Shown: one piece after another, positions 9,621 through 19,044 of the stretch
How positions within the stretch are numbered: position 1 is the first letter of the stretch
Layout: each line of letters starts with the position of its first letter
From: Candidatus Binatia bacterium
Lineage (GTDB): Bacteria > Desulfobacterota > Binatia > HRBIN30
Length of the DNA stretch: 64,000 nt
NCBI GenBank assembly: GCA_050015455.1
Contig: JBEKBJ010000007.1
Location: 11,876-75,875, forward strand
Direction of reading: 5' to 3'
Position numbers and translations under genes: made by a program
The notes under the pieces: model-generated
Seen by the model: only the letters and a program-made list of their open reading frames with translations
Database searches by the model: none
Told to the model about the DNA's origin: nothing

Positions 9621-10883
9621 CTACGCCGTCGAAGACGGCGCCGCCCGGTCAGACTTTGTCGGAGGTGTGCTGCCGGCTGCGTGCTGCCGCTTGTATGCCA
9701 GCACCCGGTCGAGGATGCGGTCGGCCACCGCGTCCTTACTCATCAGCGGCACCGTTTCGCGGTGGCCGGAGCGGTCGATGATGGTGACAGCGTTGGTGTC
9801 GACCGCGAAGCCGGTCTTCGCGCCGGCCACGTCGTTCGCGACGATCAGGTCGAGATCTTTTTCCGCCAGTTTGCGTTCGGCATTGGCGACGAGCTGCTCG
9901 GTCTCGGCGGCAAAGCCCACCACGATGCGCGACCCCTTGCGCGGCGCCAGATCCGCGAGGATGTCGGTGGTGCGTTCCAGCTCGAGCACCATGGGGCTGC
10001 TGCCCTTCTTCAGCTTCACGCTGGCGACCCGGGCCGGCCGGTAATCGGCCACGGCCGCGGCCATCAGGATGATGGTTGCGGATTCGTACTCGGCACCGAC
10101 GGTTCGGTGCATTTCCTCCGCTGTCACGACGTCGCGGCGTTGCACGCCGTGCGGGGTCGGCAGCGCGCACGAGCCAGCAATCAGGCTCACTTGGGCGCCG
10201 CGGCGCCACGCCGCAGCCGCCAAGGCGAAGCCCATCTTGCCGGTAGAGCGATTGGAGATGAACCGGACTGGGTCCAGCGGCTCGCGATTGGGACCGGCGG
10301 TAACCAGAATCCGTTCGCCTCGCAGATCCTGCGGGCTGAGAGCGCGCTCGACTTCAGCTTGCAGAACCTCGGTGTCAGGGAGGCGGCCCTTACCCTCGTA
10401 GCCGCACGCCAAGAACCCCTCGCTCGGCTCGACGATCCGAAACCCATACGCCCGCAGGCGCGCCAGATTCGCCTGCACGATGGGGTTCTCGTACATGTGC
10501 ACGTTCATGGCGGGCGCCACCACGATCGGAGCGCGTGTGGCGAGCACGACGGTGGTGATCAAATCATCGGCGATACCGGCAGCAAGCTTTCCTATGATGT
10601 TGGCTGTCGCCGGAGCAACCACCAGGACGTCAGCGGAATCCGCCAGCCGGATGTGGCCGATCTCGGATTCCTGGGTCAGATCGAAGGTATTGGTGGCCAC
10701 TGAATGGCCTGAAAGGGTTTGCAGGGTGAGCGGCGTGATGAACTGCTGCGCGTTCGCGCTCATCATCACCCGGACCTTCGCGCCGTCACGCGTGAGCGCG
10801 CGCACCAACTCGGCGACCTTGTAGCAGGCGATGCCGCCGGTCAGGCTTAAAACAACCGTCTTGCCTTCAGACCGCTGTCCCAT
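9621..10883 (-). CDS. coaBC: Phosphopantothenoylcysteine decarboxylase/synthase
   Basis: GGIACYK, APAMNVHM, LACGYEGKGR, TAGPNREPLDPVRFISNRSTGKMG, GFAAET. Confidence 0.96.
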   Translation of the reverse strand: MGQRSEGKTVVLSLTGGIACYKVAELVRALTRDGAKVRVMMSANAQQFITPLTLQTLSGHSVATNTFDLTQESEIGHIRLADSADVLVVAPATANIIGKLAAGIADDLITTVVLATRAPIVVAPAMNVHMYENPIVQANLARLRAYGFRIVEPSEGFLACGYEGKGRLPDTEVLQAEVERALSPQDLRGERILVTAGPNREPLDPVRFISNRSTGKMGFALAAAAWRRGAQVSLIAGSCALPTPHGVQRRDVVTAEEMHRTVGAEYESATIILMAAAVADYRPARVASVKLKKGSSPMVLELERTTDILADLAPRKGSRIVVGFAAETEQLVANAERKLAEKDLDLIVANDVAGAKTGFAVDTNAVTIIDRSGHRETVPLMSKDAVADRILDRVLAYKRQHAAGSTPPTKSDRAAPSSTA

Positions 10884-11904
10884 TGGCTTCCGACACCGCT
10901 TCGAGCTGTCGCATGGTCATGCCTTCTCGCGCCAGGGAGTATAGCCCAGCAGCGACGACAGCGGCAAACTGCGTGAGGTGTGACACGATGGAGTAGGCGA
11001 TGGCATGGCTCTGCGACACGTTGAAGATGGCCAGCGAGAGCGTGCAGCCGAGCTGAAACGAGCCGATGTAGCCTGGCGCCTGAGGCACCGACACCGCGAT
11101 GGCAACGATGGCGCTGACCGTGATCGACGCGACCAGCAGCTCAGCGATGGCGCTGACGGTGATCGACCCGACCAGCAGCGGTGCGGGGATATCGAACGCC
11201 AGAATGCCGAGCAGGTAAATGGCGGCAATAACCAGCCACAGGTATAATGACCAGCCGAGCAACTGTACGAAGGTCAACGGACTCTGCAGCGTCTCCAACG
11301 CCTGAACGAAGCCACGGAAGAAGTTATCGACCGGGGCAGCGATCGCCGCCGGCAGCGGCCGCAGCGCCAGCTGCAGCATGCGCAAGGCGAGCGCTTCTTG
11401 CCAGCGCACGATGATGACCGCGGCGGCCACGGCTGCCGCTAGCCCGGACAAGTAGTAGCCCCATTGTCGCACCTGATCGGAAACTGCCACAAGCGACGCC
11501 GCTACGCCGAAGAGAAACAGGATGGTGAACATGTCGAAGATACGTTCGAGCACCACGGTGGCGAGAATCCCGCTCAAGGGCTCGTTTTCCTTGCGGCTCA
11601 CCAGCACCGGCCGGATGACCTCGCCCACACGTAGCGGCAAGACCATGTTCGCCATGAAGCCGATGTTAGTTGCCGACACCAACGTACGCATCGCCGGGGT
11701 GCCGACAGGACGGAGGAGGATCCGCCAGCGCTGCGCGCGGATGTAGAGGGTCCAGATCGTGACGCCGAACATCGGTAAGACGTACACGTAATGCGCCGCT
11801 GCCAGGGCTGCCGCAGCCTCGCCCCAGTCTACCTTGCGGATGGCGAAGCCGAGAAACACCGCCGAGATGGTGACGCTCAGCACGATCCGCAACGTCCGGT
11901 TCAC
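10867..11904 (-). CDS. Lysylphosphatidylglycerol-synthase TM (flippase-like) membrane protein
   Basis: RAQRW, GFMANMVLPLRVGEVIR, VVLERIFD, PQAPGYIG; multiple TM helices. Confidence 0.85.
   Translation of the reverse strand: MNRTLRIVLSVTISAVFLGFAIRKVDWGEAAAALAAAHYVYVLPMFGVTIWTLYIRAQRWRILLRPVGTPAMRTLVSATNIGFMANMVLPLRVGEVIRPVLVSRKENEPLSGILATVVLERIFDMFTILFLFGVAASLVAVSDQVRQWGYYLSGLAAAVAAAVIIVRWQEALALRMLQLALRPLPAAIAAPVDNFFRGFVQALETLQSPLTFVQLLGWSLYLWLVIAAIYLLGILAFDIPAPLLVGSITVSAIAELLVASITVSAIVAIAVSVPQAPGYIGSFQLGCTLSLAIFNVSQSHAIAYSIVSHLTQFAAVVAAGLYSLAREGMTMRQLEAVSEANGTAV
11106..11179 (-). repeat. In-frame 39-bp tandem duplication inside the flippase-like gene
   Basis: CGATGGCGCTGAC(C/G)GTGATCGAC(G/C)CGACCAGCAGC at 11106 and 11145; protein LLVGSITVSAIAE-LLVASITVSAIVA. 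Confidence 0.9.
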
Positions 11905-12155
11905 AAGTCGCTTTCCGTTGGCCTGGTTGCCGCCGCGGTGGCGTGGTTCTCAGGCTCAGGCCGCGTTACGGTGTCGCGCGCCCAGGCTTCGGCAATTCCC
12001 CACACAAACACGATCATCCCGATCAACATGAACACCGTTCCGGCCCACGCCGCCCAGCTGTCCAACACGACGCCGGCACCGACCATCAGGACGAAGGTGC
12101 CCACGACGCGCTTGGCCTTGCCGGCGAGATCAACGCTGTGCTCGGCCTCAGGCAT
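11901..12155 (-). CDS. Small two-TM hypothetical membrane protein
   Basis: Two hydrophobic segments; overlaps both neighbours, consistent with an operon. Confidence 0.6.
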   Translation of the reverse strand: MPEAEHSVDLAGKAKRVVGTFVLMVGAGVVLDSWAAWAGTVFMLIGMIVFVWGIAEAWARDTVTRPEPENHATAAATRPTESDL

Positions 12156-12915
12156 GCGACGATTTTCCCAGTGCTTGCCAGACATGCAGCACCCGTTGGA
12201 GCACGGTCAGACTGCTGAGCACGGCCAGAACCAAAATCGTCACGGTCACCAACCAGTAACGCGGCGCCGGCAGCCACGTGCCGCCGATATGTTCGAAGAG
12301 TGAGCCGAAAATGGTGCCGAATCCCAGGATCACGTAGCGCTCCGGACGCTGCAACAGGCCGACCTTGCACGACGCTCCCAAGCCCTCGGCACGAGCCCGT
12401 ACATAGCTCACCATCAGGGCGCCAAGCCACGCGAACAGTACGACGCACAATACCCAGGAGTTGCGGTAAAAGATCACTAGCCCAAAGTAGGCCATCGAGT
12501 CCGCAAAGCGGTCCACGATGGAATCCAGAAAGGCCCCGCGCAGGCTGCCGCTGTTGGTCCGGCGTGCGACCCGGCCGTCGATGATGTCGAGCGTCCCCGT
12601 GCCCAGTAGCAGCCAGCCGGCAGTGAAGAGCAAGCCCCCGGCGTAGCAGGCTGCCACCAGCACGCTGCCGATGAGTTGCGCGCACGAGACGTATGCCGGG
12701 CGTATTCCCCAGCGCACGCACAGCTGCTCGATCTGTTGCAGATTCTCGAAGTACCAGCCCCGGATGCCGGGGCGCAACACCGGAGAGCCGCCCACCGAGC
12801 TCAGGTCATGCGGGCGGCGCAGATAGCCGCCGATGCTGACGACAGCCGTCGCAATGATATAACCCAGCAGGGTCAGGGCGAATGCCTGGTTGAATGTAGA
12901 CGTGTGGTAGTCCAC
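12148..12915 (-). CDS. CDP-alcohol phosphatidyltransferase
   Basis: DIIDGRVARRTNSGSLRGAFLDSIVDRFAD signature; MVSYVRARAEGLG. Confidence 0.92.
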   Translation of the reverse strand: MDYHTSTFNQAFALTLLGYIIATAVVSIGGYLRRPHDLSSVGGSPVLRPGIRGWYFENLQQIEQLCVRWGIRPAYVSCAQLIGSVLVAACYAGGLLFTAGWLLLGTGTLDIIDGRVARRTNSGSLRGAFLDSIVDRFADSMAYFGLVIFYRNSWVLCVVLFAWLGALMVSYVRARAEGLGASCKVGLLQRPERYVILGFGTIFGSLFEHIGGTWLPAPRYWLVTVTILVLAVLSSLTVLQRVLHVWQALGKSSHA

Positions 12916-13000
12916 CGGGCACGCGAGAGGCGGCGCCAGTTATACCCAACGCTTGCCAGCGCCGCAATCTGGCCCTGCTGGGTAGGTGCGGAGTGCCCGC

Positions 13001-13333
13001 CTATTTGCGGAATCGCGATGGATAATCGGTGCCGTACTCCTTGTCTGGATGGAGTTTTTTGGCTCGTTCGATCAGTACTGCGTCGGTTTCGGGATTCTTC
13101 GGATCCGGAATGCAGCAATCAACCGGACAGACGGTCTTGCACTGCTCCTCATCAGCGAAGCCGACGCACTCGGTGCACTTCTGGGGTGCGATATAATAGA
13201 GGGCGTCCGACAACGCCGGGTGGGTCTCCCCATCAAGTTCCCAACTCGCTCCGCCTTCGTAAATGGCCGTATTCGGGCATTCCGGCTCACAAGCGCCGCA
13301 GTTGATGCATTCTTCAGTGATCACGGTTGACAT
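13001..13333 (-). CDS. YfhL-type 2[4Fe-4S] ferredoxin
   Basis: [12 protein letters not shown] and CTECVG...QC...CPVDCC. Confidence 0.93.
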   Translation of the reverse strand: MSTVITEECINCGACEPECPNTAIYEGGASWELDGETHPALSDALYYIAPQKCTECVGFADEEQCKTVCPVDCCIPDPKNPETDAVLIERAKKLHPDKEYGTDYPSRFRK

Positions 13334-13469
13334 GAACTCATAGCCTCCTCAAAAAGAACTCCTTCTTCGCTAGCACACGGCGAAACGAAAGTCGAAGTGG
13401 TTCGCGCATTAAAAAACCTTTCCTTGGTAAGGAGAGAAAGTGTCGCCGTGAGGTTCCCCTCCCAGGAGC

Positions 13470-14573
13470 TTAGTCGTCGAGGATCGTCGGCGGCGCGGTT
13501 GCCACGCGCTCCGCCTCGACCGCCTCCAGCACCTTGCCGGCGATGTGCAGGAACAACTGACTCACCGGATGCTCCGGTCGCTCCGCCACGATCGGCTTGC
13601 CCGCGTCACCCCCCGCTCGCAGCTCGGCGATGAGCGGGATGCGGCCGAGCAAGGGAACGCCGAACTGGGCGGCGATCTGTGCGCCACCACCGCTGCCGAA
13701 CAGCTCTTCACGTTTCCCGCACTTCGGGCACTCGTAGTAGCTCATGTTCTCGATGATCCCGAGCACGGTGGTATTGACCTGTTGAAACATAGCAATCCCG
13801 CGCTCCACGTCCAGCCTCGCCACCTCTTGAGGGGTGGTGATCACGACACCGCCGGCCACCGGCACCTGCTGCACCAAAGTCAGTTGGGCGTCGCCGTTTC
13901 CGGGGGGAAGGTCGACCACCAGGACCTCCAGCTCCCCCCAGTTCACGGCTCTCAAGAATTGGCGAACCAGCCCCGCGACCAACGGGCCGCGCCAGATCAC
14001 GGGAGAGTTGTCATCGAGGAAGAAGCCCAGGGACATCACCTGAAGACCGTATTTATCTAGCGGGTAGATGCGCTTGTTCTTGGAAACCCGCGGCCGGCCA
14101 GAGATCCCGAGCAGCGTCGGAAGACTCGGCCCGTAGACATCGGCGTCCAATAAGCCGACCCGCTGGTTGAGCCGCTGCATCGCCAACGCGAGGTTGACCG
14201 CCACTGTCGACTTGCCGACGCCGCCTTTTGTACTGGCCACTGCCACGATGCTGCGTACACCTTCAAGCGGCTCAAACTCGCTCGCCGGAGCTTGCGTGCC
14301 GGACTGCGACGCATGGCCTGTGCTAGCGTGGGCGGGCGACAGGATACGGACGTCAACCTGCTTGACGCCTTCCATCGCACCCACCGCGCGCTCGATCTCC
14401 GTCACCGTGGCGCCTAGACTGTGAGGCGGCATCGGCGGCGCTTGCAGAAAGATCGTCACAGTGCCGTTTTCGTTCTCGATGTCGCGTACCATCCCGGCCG
14501 CGATCACGTCGCGCGAGAACCCCGGTGGACGCACCTCCGTCAGGCGCTCACGGATGTCATCGATTGTCGTCAT
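13470..14573 (-). CDS. Mrp/ApbC/NBP35 Fe-S carrier ATPase with N-terminal DUF59-like domain
   Basis: STKGGVGKST, DADVYGPS, WRGP, DLPPG, ENMSYYECPKC; ATGA overlap with upstream gene. Confidence 0.92.
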   Translation of the reverse strand: MTTIDDIRERLTEVRPPGFSRDVIAAGMVRDIENENGTVTIFLQAPPMPPHSLGATVTEIERAVGAMEGVKQVDVRILSPAHASTGHASQSGTQAPASEFEPLEGVRSIVAVASTKGGVGKSTVAVNLALAMQRLNQRVGLLDADVYGPSLPTLLGISGRPRVSKNKRIYPLDKYGLQVMSLGFFLDDNSPVIWRGPLVAGLVRQFLRAVNWGELEVLVVDLPPGNGDAQLTLVQQVPVAGGVVITTPQEVARLDVERGIAMFQQVNTTVLGIIENMSYYECPKCGKREELFGSGGGAQIAAQFGVPLLGRIPLIAELRAGGDAGKPIVAERPEHPVSQLFLHIAGKVLEAVEAERVATAPPTILDD

Positions 14574-14896
14574 GCGCTGGTCACGTTGTCGACGCCGCTT
14601 TGACAAGATTCGCATGGACATAACCGCCGCAAGGTTGTGTAACTGAAGATGCCGGTGTCGTGCCGGTCAGTCCACCGGATGCTGATGGCGTAGCGGCCGA
14701 CCACGCCGATCTGCACGGGGTACAGCTCGCCGCTGCCGAGAACCGGCAGCGCATGCGCCGCGCGCTCGCGACAGGTTGCACAGGGACAATAGTCGCGCAA
14801 ATACCGGTTTGGGTACACGCTCTTGTGGCCGTCGTTCCAGACAATCTCGATGCTCTCTTTTCCGAGCCGTCTTATGGTGGAAGGTGAAAACCGCAT
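14570..14896 (-). CDS. DUF971/GBBH-N-like small Cys protein
   Basis: WNDGH, LRDYCPCATC, VGRYA..I.W.D.H.TGIFSY..LR. Confidence 0.85.
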   Translation of the reverse strand: MRFSPSTIRRLGKESIEIVWNDGHKSVYPNRYLRDYCPCATCRERAAHALPVLGSGELYPVQIGVVGRYAISIRWTDRHDTGIFSYTTLRRLCPCESCQSGVDNVTSA

Positions 14897-15018
14897 CTGC
14901 TCCGAAAATAAGACCTAACGGCTCGGCGGCGAAAAAGCAACGTGCCCAGGCTGGCGCTCCGCTACCTTGACTCGACGGGGGTTTTGACATTATCTGACCG
15001 CGCGATTCAGGAACACGT

Positions 15019-16002
15019 GTGATCACCAGAGCACAGATGCGCCCGCGCTCCCATGCTCACCCACCGACGCTCAGTGCGGCTTTGGAAATGGTCGAGTCGC
15101 GTCTGGCGGCTCAGCTCAAATCGCGTGAGAATCTCCTGTCGGACATCTCCAATTACCTGATCGGCTCCGGGGGGAAGCGCGTACGCCCCACGGTGACGTT
15201 GCTGGTGTTTCTAGCCTGCGGGGGCCGCGAGTTGCGCGACATCGTGGATGCGGCCGCGGCGCTCGAATTGATTCACTCTGCCAGCTTGCTCCATGACGAC
15301 ATCATCGATGGCAGCGATGTCCGACGCAGCAAGGACTCGGCGTATCGCAAGTACGGCCTCGCCAACGCGTTGGTGACCGGCGATTTCATTTTCAGCCGCG
15401 CCTTTCAGCTGTGCGCCCGCTTTGAGGAGAAGCTGATCAATTGGGCGGCCGAAGCCTGCATCAGTCTGACCGAAGGTGAGGCCATGCAGAGCCGCTTCCG
15501 TCACAACCCCCGGGTCACCTTCCAGGACTACATCGAGATCATCAGCCGCAAGACCGCCAGCATCTTTCAACAGGGAGGGCGCACCGCAGCCTATCTGGCG
15601 GAGGCGGCAGAGCCGGTCGTCGAGGCCATGGCTGCATGCGGCTTCAACGTGGGCATGACGTTCCAGATCGTCGACGATTTGCTGGATGTCGAGGGCACTG
15701 AGAAACGCCTCGGCAAGCCGGTCGGCATCGATCTGCGTGACGGCAACCCCTCACTGCCGATCGTCCTGGCGATACGCCGCGATGCGGAGGTGGCGCGCGC
15801 GTTTGAGAGTCATCAACTCAGCGAGGGCGACATCCAACACGTCCTTGCCCGCATCCGTGCCAGCGGTGTGCTCACCGAAGCCCACGCCCTGGCCGCGCAA
15901 TACGGAGAGCGAGCGCGCCGCGCACTCGCCATCCTGCCTGCGTCGCCGGAGAAGGACGAAGTCGCCGCCGTCATCGATCAGCTCCTGCATCGAACAGAGT
16001 AA
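15019..16002 (+). CDS. Polyprenyl diphosphate synthase
   Basis: GGKRVRP, LHDDIID, FQIVDDLLD, GKPVGIDL. Confidence 0.93.
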   Translation: MITRAQMRPRSHAHPPTLSAALEMVESRLAAQLKSRENLLSDISNYLIGSGGKRVRPTVTLLVFLACGGRELRDIVDAAAALELIHSASLLHDDIIDGSDVRRSKDSAYRKYGLANALVTGDFIFSRAFQLCARFEEKLINWAAEACISLTEGEAMQSRFRHNPRVTFQDYIEIISRKTASIFQQGGRTAAYLAEAAEPVVEAMAACGFNVGMTFQIVDDLLDVEGTEKRLGKPVGIDLRDGNPSLPIVLAIRRDAEVARAFESHQLSEGDIQHVLARIRASGVLTEAHALAAQYGERARRALAILPASPEKDEVAAVIDQLLHRTE

Positions 16003-16083
16003 AGGCCTGCCGACCGTCGCGCGTCGCATACCGGCAGGACAGCTTGCGGCCGATAAGCGATCAGTCATAGGCGATACGCATTC

Positions 16084-17340
16084 TCACAGCGATGCTGGAT
16101 ACCGGTCGCGCTCCTCGCGCACCGGAGGGTAGGCGACGACAGCCGGTTCGGTCGAGGCGGCGGGTGCGACAAGGACTATATGGCCGTTTTTCAGGACGCG
16201 AAACTCGTTGCCGCTCCAGCGCACCCTGTCGCCCAGGAAGCACCGTCCCCACACGGCGGAGACGAACAGATCTTTCAGAGGAAGCAGCAACGCCGCGGCG
16301 CGAGTTATCGGCGCCTCAAGATAGCGGTTACAGATCGCCCTTGCGGTGCCGGCGCGCACCGCATAGACGAGCGCGGCGAGCAGACAGGCGATGGGGCTGA
16401 AATGGTTGTACAGCAGGTTCAGCAACGCCCAGAGCGTGCCGTGAGTCATGATACTTGCGAAATATCCTGCCGGGCGGCAGTTGCGGTTCGTACGGGCCCA
16501 ACGCAGTTGGTGATCGAGCAGGCGTCGCCAGCTGCCGGTGGCCAGCACGGTCTCCACCACCACGTCGGAGAGTACCAGCCGGAAGCCTCGCTCCACGACA
16601 CGGTGCCCGAGGTGGTAATCGTCCGCCAAGTAGTTCGCCAGCGGCAGGAATCCGCCGATCGCGTCGAGCGTCGAACGCCGCAGCGCCATCGTCGCTCCGA
16701 AGGCGTAACTGGGCTTCTCGACCACTCGCGCCACCATCACCATCGGCACGAAATCCGTGTTGATGAGCAGCGTTTCAACCAAGGTGGGCAATCCGCCGGT
16801 GTTGACCGCCCGATACAGGCAGGTCACCAGGCCAACTCCGGGGTCCTGCAGCTCGGCAGCAAGGCGACGCAAGTAGTCGCGGCCGACGCGGATGTCACTG
16901 TCGGCGATCACGATCAGGTCGTGCTTCGCGTCGCGATACATGTTGTGAAGGTTGCTCACTTTAGAGTTGGTCCCGTAGACGCGGCGATCAATCACCAGGC
17001 CGATGTCGAGGCCGGGATAGGCTACTTGGAGTTGCCGCACGACCCGCACCGCGGGATCACCAGCATCCGCGACACCGAAGAGGATCTGGAAAACGGGGTA
17101 GTCCTGCTCGCAAAACGTCGACAGGTTGCAGTACAGATCGACGTCCAGCCCCTTCAAGGGCTTCAGCACCGTCATCCCGGACAGCTGCCTTTCGCGGCCA
17201 TCGCCCCTGCGTGACCCACGCCGGCGGCGAAAGAAGCGCCGCGCCTCGGCGTAGCTGGCCAGGTAGAAGAGCAGGGAAAACAGGATGCCGATAGTCAGCA
17301 GCGACTGGAGCGCGAGAGCAATTCCGAAATGTGCGTGCAT
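16084..17340 (-). CDS. hpnI: GT21 glycosyltransferase, hopanoid-associated HpnI-like
   Basis: VLKPLKG, QDYP, NSKVSNL, IADSDIRV, FGATMALR, LADDY, HQLRWART. Confidence 0.82.
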   Translation of the reverse strand: MHAHFGIALALQSLLTIGILFSLLFYLASYAEARRFFRRRRGSRRGDGRERQLSGMTVLKPLKGLDVDLYCNLSTFCEQDYPVFQILFGVADAGDPAVRVVRQLQVAYPGLDIGLVIDRRVYGTNSKVSNLHNMYRDAKHDLIVIADSDIRVGRDYLRRLAAELQDPGVGLVTCLYRAVNTGGLPTLVETLLINTDFVPMVMVARVVEKPSYAFGATMALRRSTLDAIGGFLPLANYLADDYHLGHRVVERGFRLVLSDVVVETVLATGSWRRLLDHQLRWARTNRNCRPAGYFASIMTHGTLWALLNLLYNHFSPIACLLAALVYAVRAGTARAICNRYLEAPITRAAALLLPLKDLFVSAVWGRCFLGDRVRWSGNEFRVLKNGHIVLVAPAASTEPAVVAYPPVREERDRYPASL

Positions 17341-17372
17341 CGCCTCTTAACCGCCTGGTCAGCGCCGCGGGC

Positions 17373-17397
17373 AAAAAAAGCCCGCTGGCCCGCGGGC
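17373..17397 (-). terminator. Intrinsic terminator between ybeY and hpnI
   Basis: Minus strand GCCCGC-GGGCCA-GCGGGC followed by T7. Confidence 0.75.
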
Positions 17398-17493
17398 AGT
17401 CCGATTCATCACGGTTACGTTTATCTCACCCAACCACGCGAGTCAACGTGAGCTGCGTCCAAAGGGCAAAACGGCTCGATGCACCGCCCTAAA

Positions 17494-17934
17494 TCACTTG
17501 TTGAGCAAGACCGAGCGCAGCCGCCGCTCCATGGCTTTCATCCTTCGCGCCGCGGCCGGCGAGCGTTCGTGATCATAGCCAAGCAGATGGAGGACGCCGT
17601 GGATCAGCAGCGTGCGCACCTCGTCCGCCACGGAAAGGCCATGTCGCCGGGCCTGACAGGCGGCGCTGTCGAGAGAGATCACCACGTCGCCCAGCACCGC
17701 TTCGTCGCCGGCCACGCGCACCCCTTCACGCATAGCGAAAGCGAGTACATCGGTGGGCCGGTCTTTCCCGCGGTAGTCGCGGTTCAGGCGGCGCATCTCA
17801 GCATTGTCGACCAAACTGATGGTGAGCTCAGATTCGGTCTCATCGAGCGCGCTGAGTAGACGCCGCGCCGCGGCGACGACGCGCGCCGCGCTCACGCCGG
17901 GCCGGTGGCAGCGACGGATGACGCTAACGGACAT
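17494..17934 (-). CDS. ybeY: rRNA maturation endoribonuclease YbeY
   Basis: LNRDYRGKDRPTDVLAF, LGDVVIS, HGVLHLLGYDH. Confidence 0.95.
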   Translation of the reverse strand: MSVSVIRRCHRPGVSAARVVAAARRLLSALDETESELTISLVDNAEMRRLNRDYRGKDRPTDVLAFAMREGVRVAGDEAVLGDVVISLDSAACQARRHGLSVADEVRTLLIHGVLHLLGYDHERSPAAARRMKAMERRLRSVLLNK

Positions 17935-17967
17935 CGTGAGTCGTGCAGCGCAGTTGGCGCAAGGGAG

Positions 17968-18002
17968 CCCTCACCCCGCCCCTCGCCCAGAGGGAGACGG
18001 AG
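17968..18002. repeat. Degenerate CCCTCACCCC...GGGAGAGGG-type palindromic (REP-like) element overlapping the phoH stop
   Basis: CCCTCACCCCGCCCCTCGCCCAGAGGGAGACGGAG; encodes the [10 protein letters not shown] tail of PhoH. Confidence 0.55.
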
Positions 18003-19044
18003 AAGAAACGCTGGAGGGCGAGGGAGGAAGAGCGCCGGAGAGAGAGGAGTCACGCCGGGCTTCGAAGCGGTCGTAGGCCGTGATGATGTCCTGCACCAGA
18101 CGATGGCGGACGACATCACGCTCGGTGAAGTAGCAGAAGCGGATGCCATCGATGGCCGATAGGATCACCTGCGCCTCTTTCAAACCGGAGGCGCGCCCGG
18201 CGGGGAGGTCGATCTGCGTCACATCACCGGTGATCACCGCTTTCGAGCCGTAGCCCAGGCGCGTCAGGAACATCTTCATCTGCTCGCCGGTGGTGTTCTG
18301 CGCTTCGTCCAGGATGACGAACGAATCGTTGAGCGTGCGGCCGCGCATGAACGCCAACGGCGCCACTTCGATGTTGCCACGCTCCAGCATTTTCTGTGCG
18401 CGCTCGAAGTCGACCATGTCGTGCAAGGCGTCATAGAGCGGCCGCAGGTACGGGTTCACCTTCTCGGCGAGATCGCCCGGCAGGAATCCCAGCTTCTCGC
18501 CGGCCTCGACCGCCGGCCGCGTGAGGATCATGCGGGCGAAGTTGTTCTTCATCAGCTCGGCCACGGCCATCGCCATCGCCAGATACGTCTTACCGGTGCC
18601 CGCAGGGCCGATACCGAACACGATGTCGTAGTTGCGGATGGCTTCGATGTATTCCTTCTGCGCGATGCTCTTGGGGGTGATGATGCGCTTGTGCGCCGAG
18701 ATGTAGATGGTGTCGAGGAAGATCTCGCGTAGGTTGGCGTTGCGGTCGCCGCTCAGAATCCGAATGGCGTAGTCGACGTCGCTGATGTAGACGGGGTAGC
18801 CCTTCTCCACAACGGCGTAGAGCTGGGTCAGGACGCGTCCGGCCAACTCGCGCTCGACCGGATCTCCGCTGATCAGCAGCGTCGTGCCGTTGACCCCGAC
18901 CTGTACGCTGAGCGCTCGTTCAATCGCCCGCAGGTGCTCGTCCTGGTGGCCGAGCAGATTCTCGAAGAGCCTGGGATTCTCGAAGGAGAGTTCGAGGCCC
19001 TGCTCGTCCGCCGTGTTGAGGGTCGGCTGTTGCTCAGGACACAA
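17971..19044 (-). CDS. phoH: PhoH-family ATPase (YbeZ-like)
   Basis: [46 protein letters not shown]; the most plausible start is TTG at 19044, overlapping the alaS stop. Confidence 0.9.
   Translation of the reverse strand: MCPEQQPTLNTADEQGLELSFENPRLFENLLGHQDEHLRAIERALSVQVGVNGTTLLISGDPVERELAGRVLTQLYAVVEKGYPVYISDVDYAIRILSGDRNANLREIFLDTIYISAHKRIITPKSIAQKEYIEAIRNYDIVFGIGPAGTGKTYLAMAMAVAELMKNNFARMILTRPAVEAGEKLGFLPGDLAEKVNPYLRPLYDALHDMVDFERAQKMLERGNIEVAPLAFMRGRTLNDSFVILDEAQNTTGEQMKMFLTRLGYGSKAVITGDVTQIDLPAGRASGLKEAQVILSAIDGIRFCYFTERDVVRHRLVQDIITAYDRFEARRDSSLSGALPPSPSSVSSPSPSGRGAG

Noticed and set aside
9141-10703. Long antisense ORFs (also 1422-2786, 39371-40954, 46785-48179, 22015-23235)
   Set aside because: They lie opposite well-supported genes; stop-poor shadow frames are expected at this GC content.
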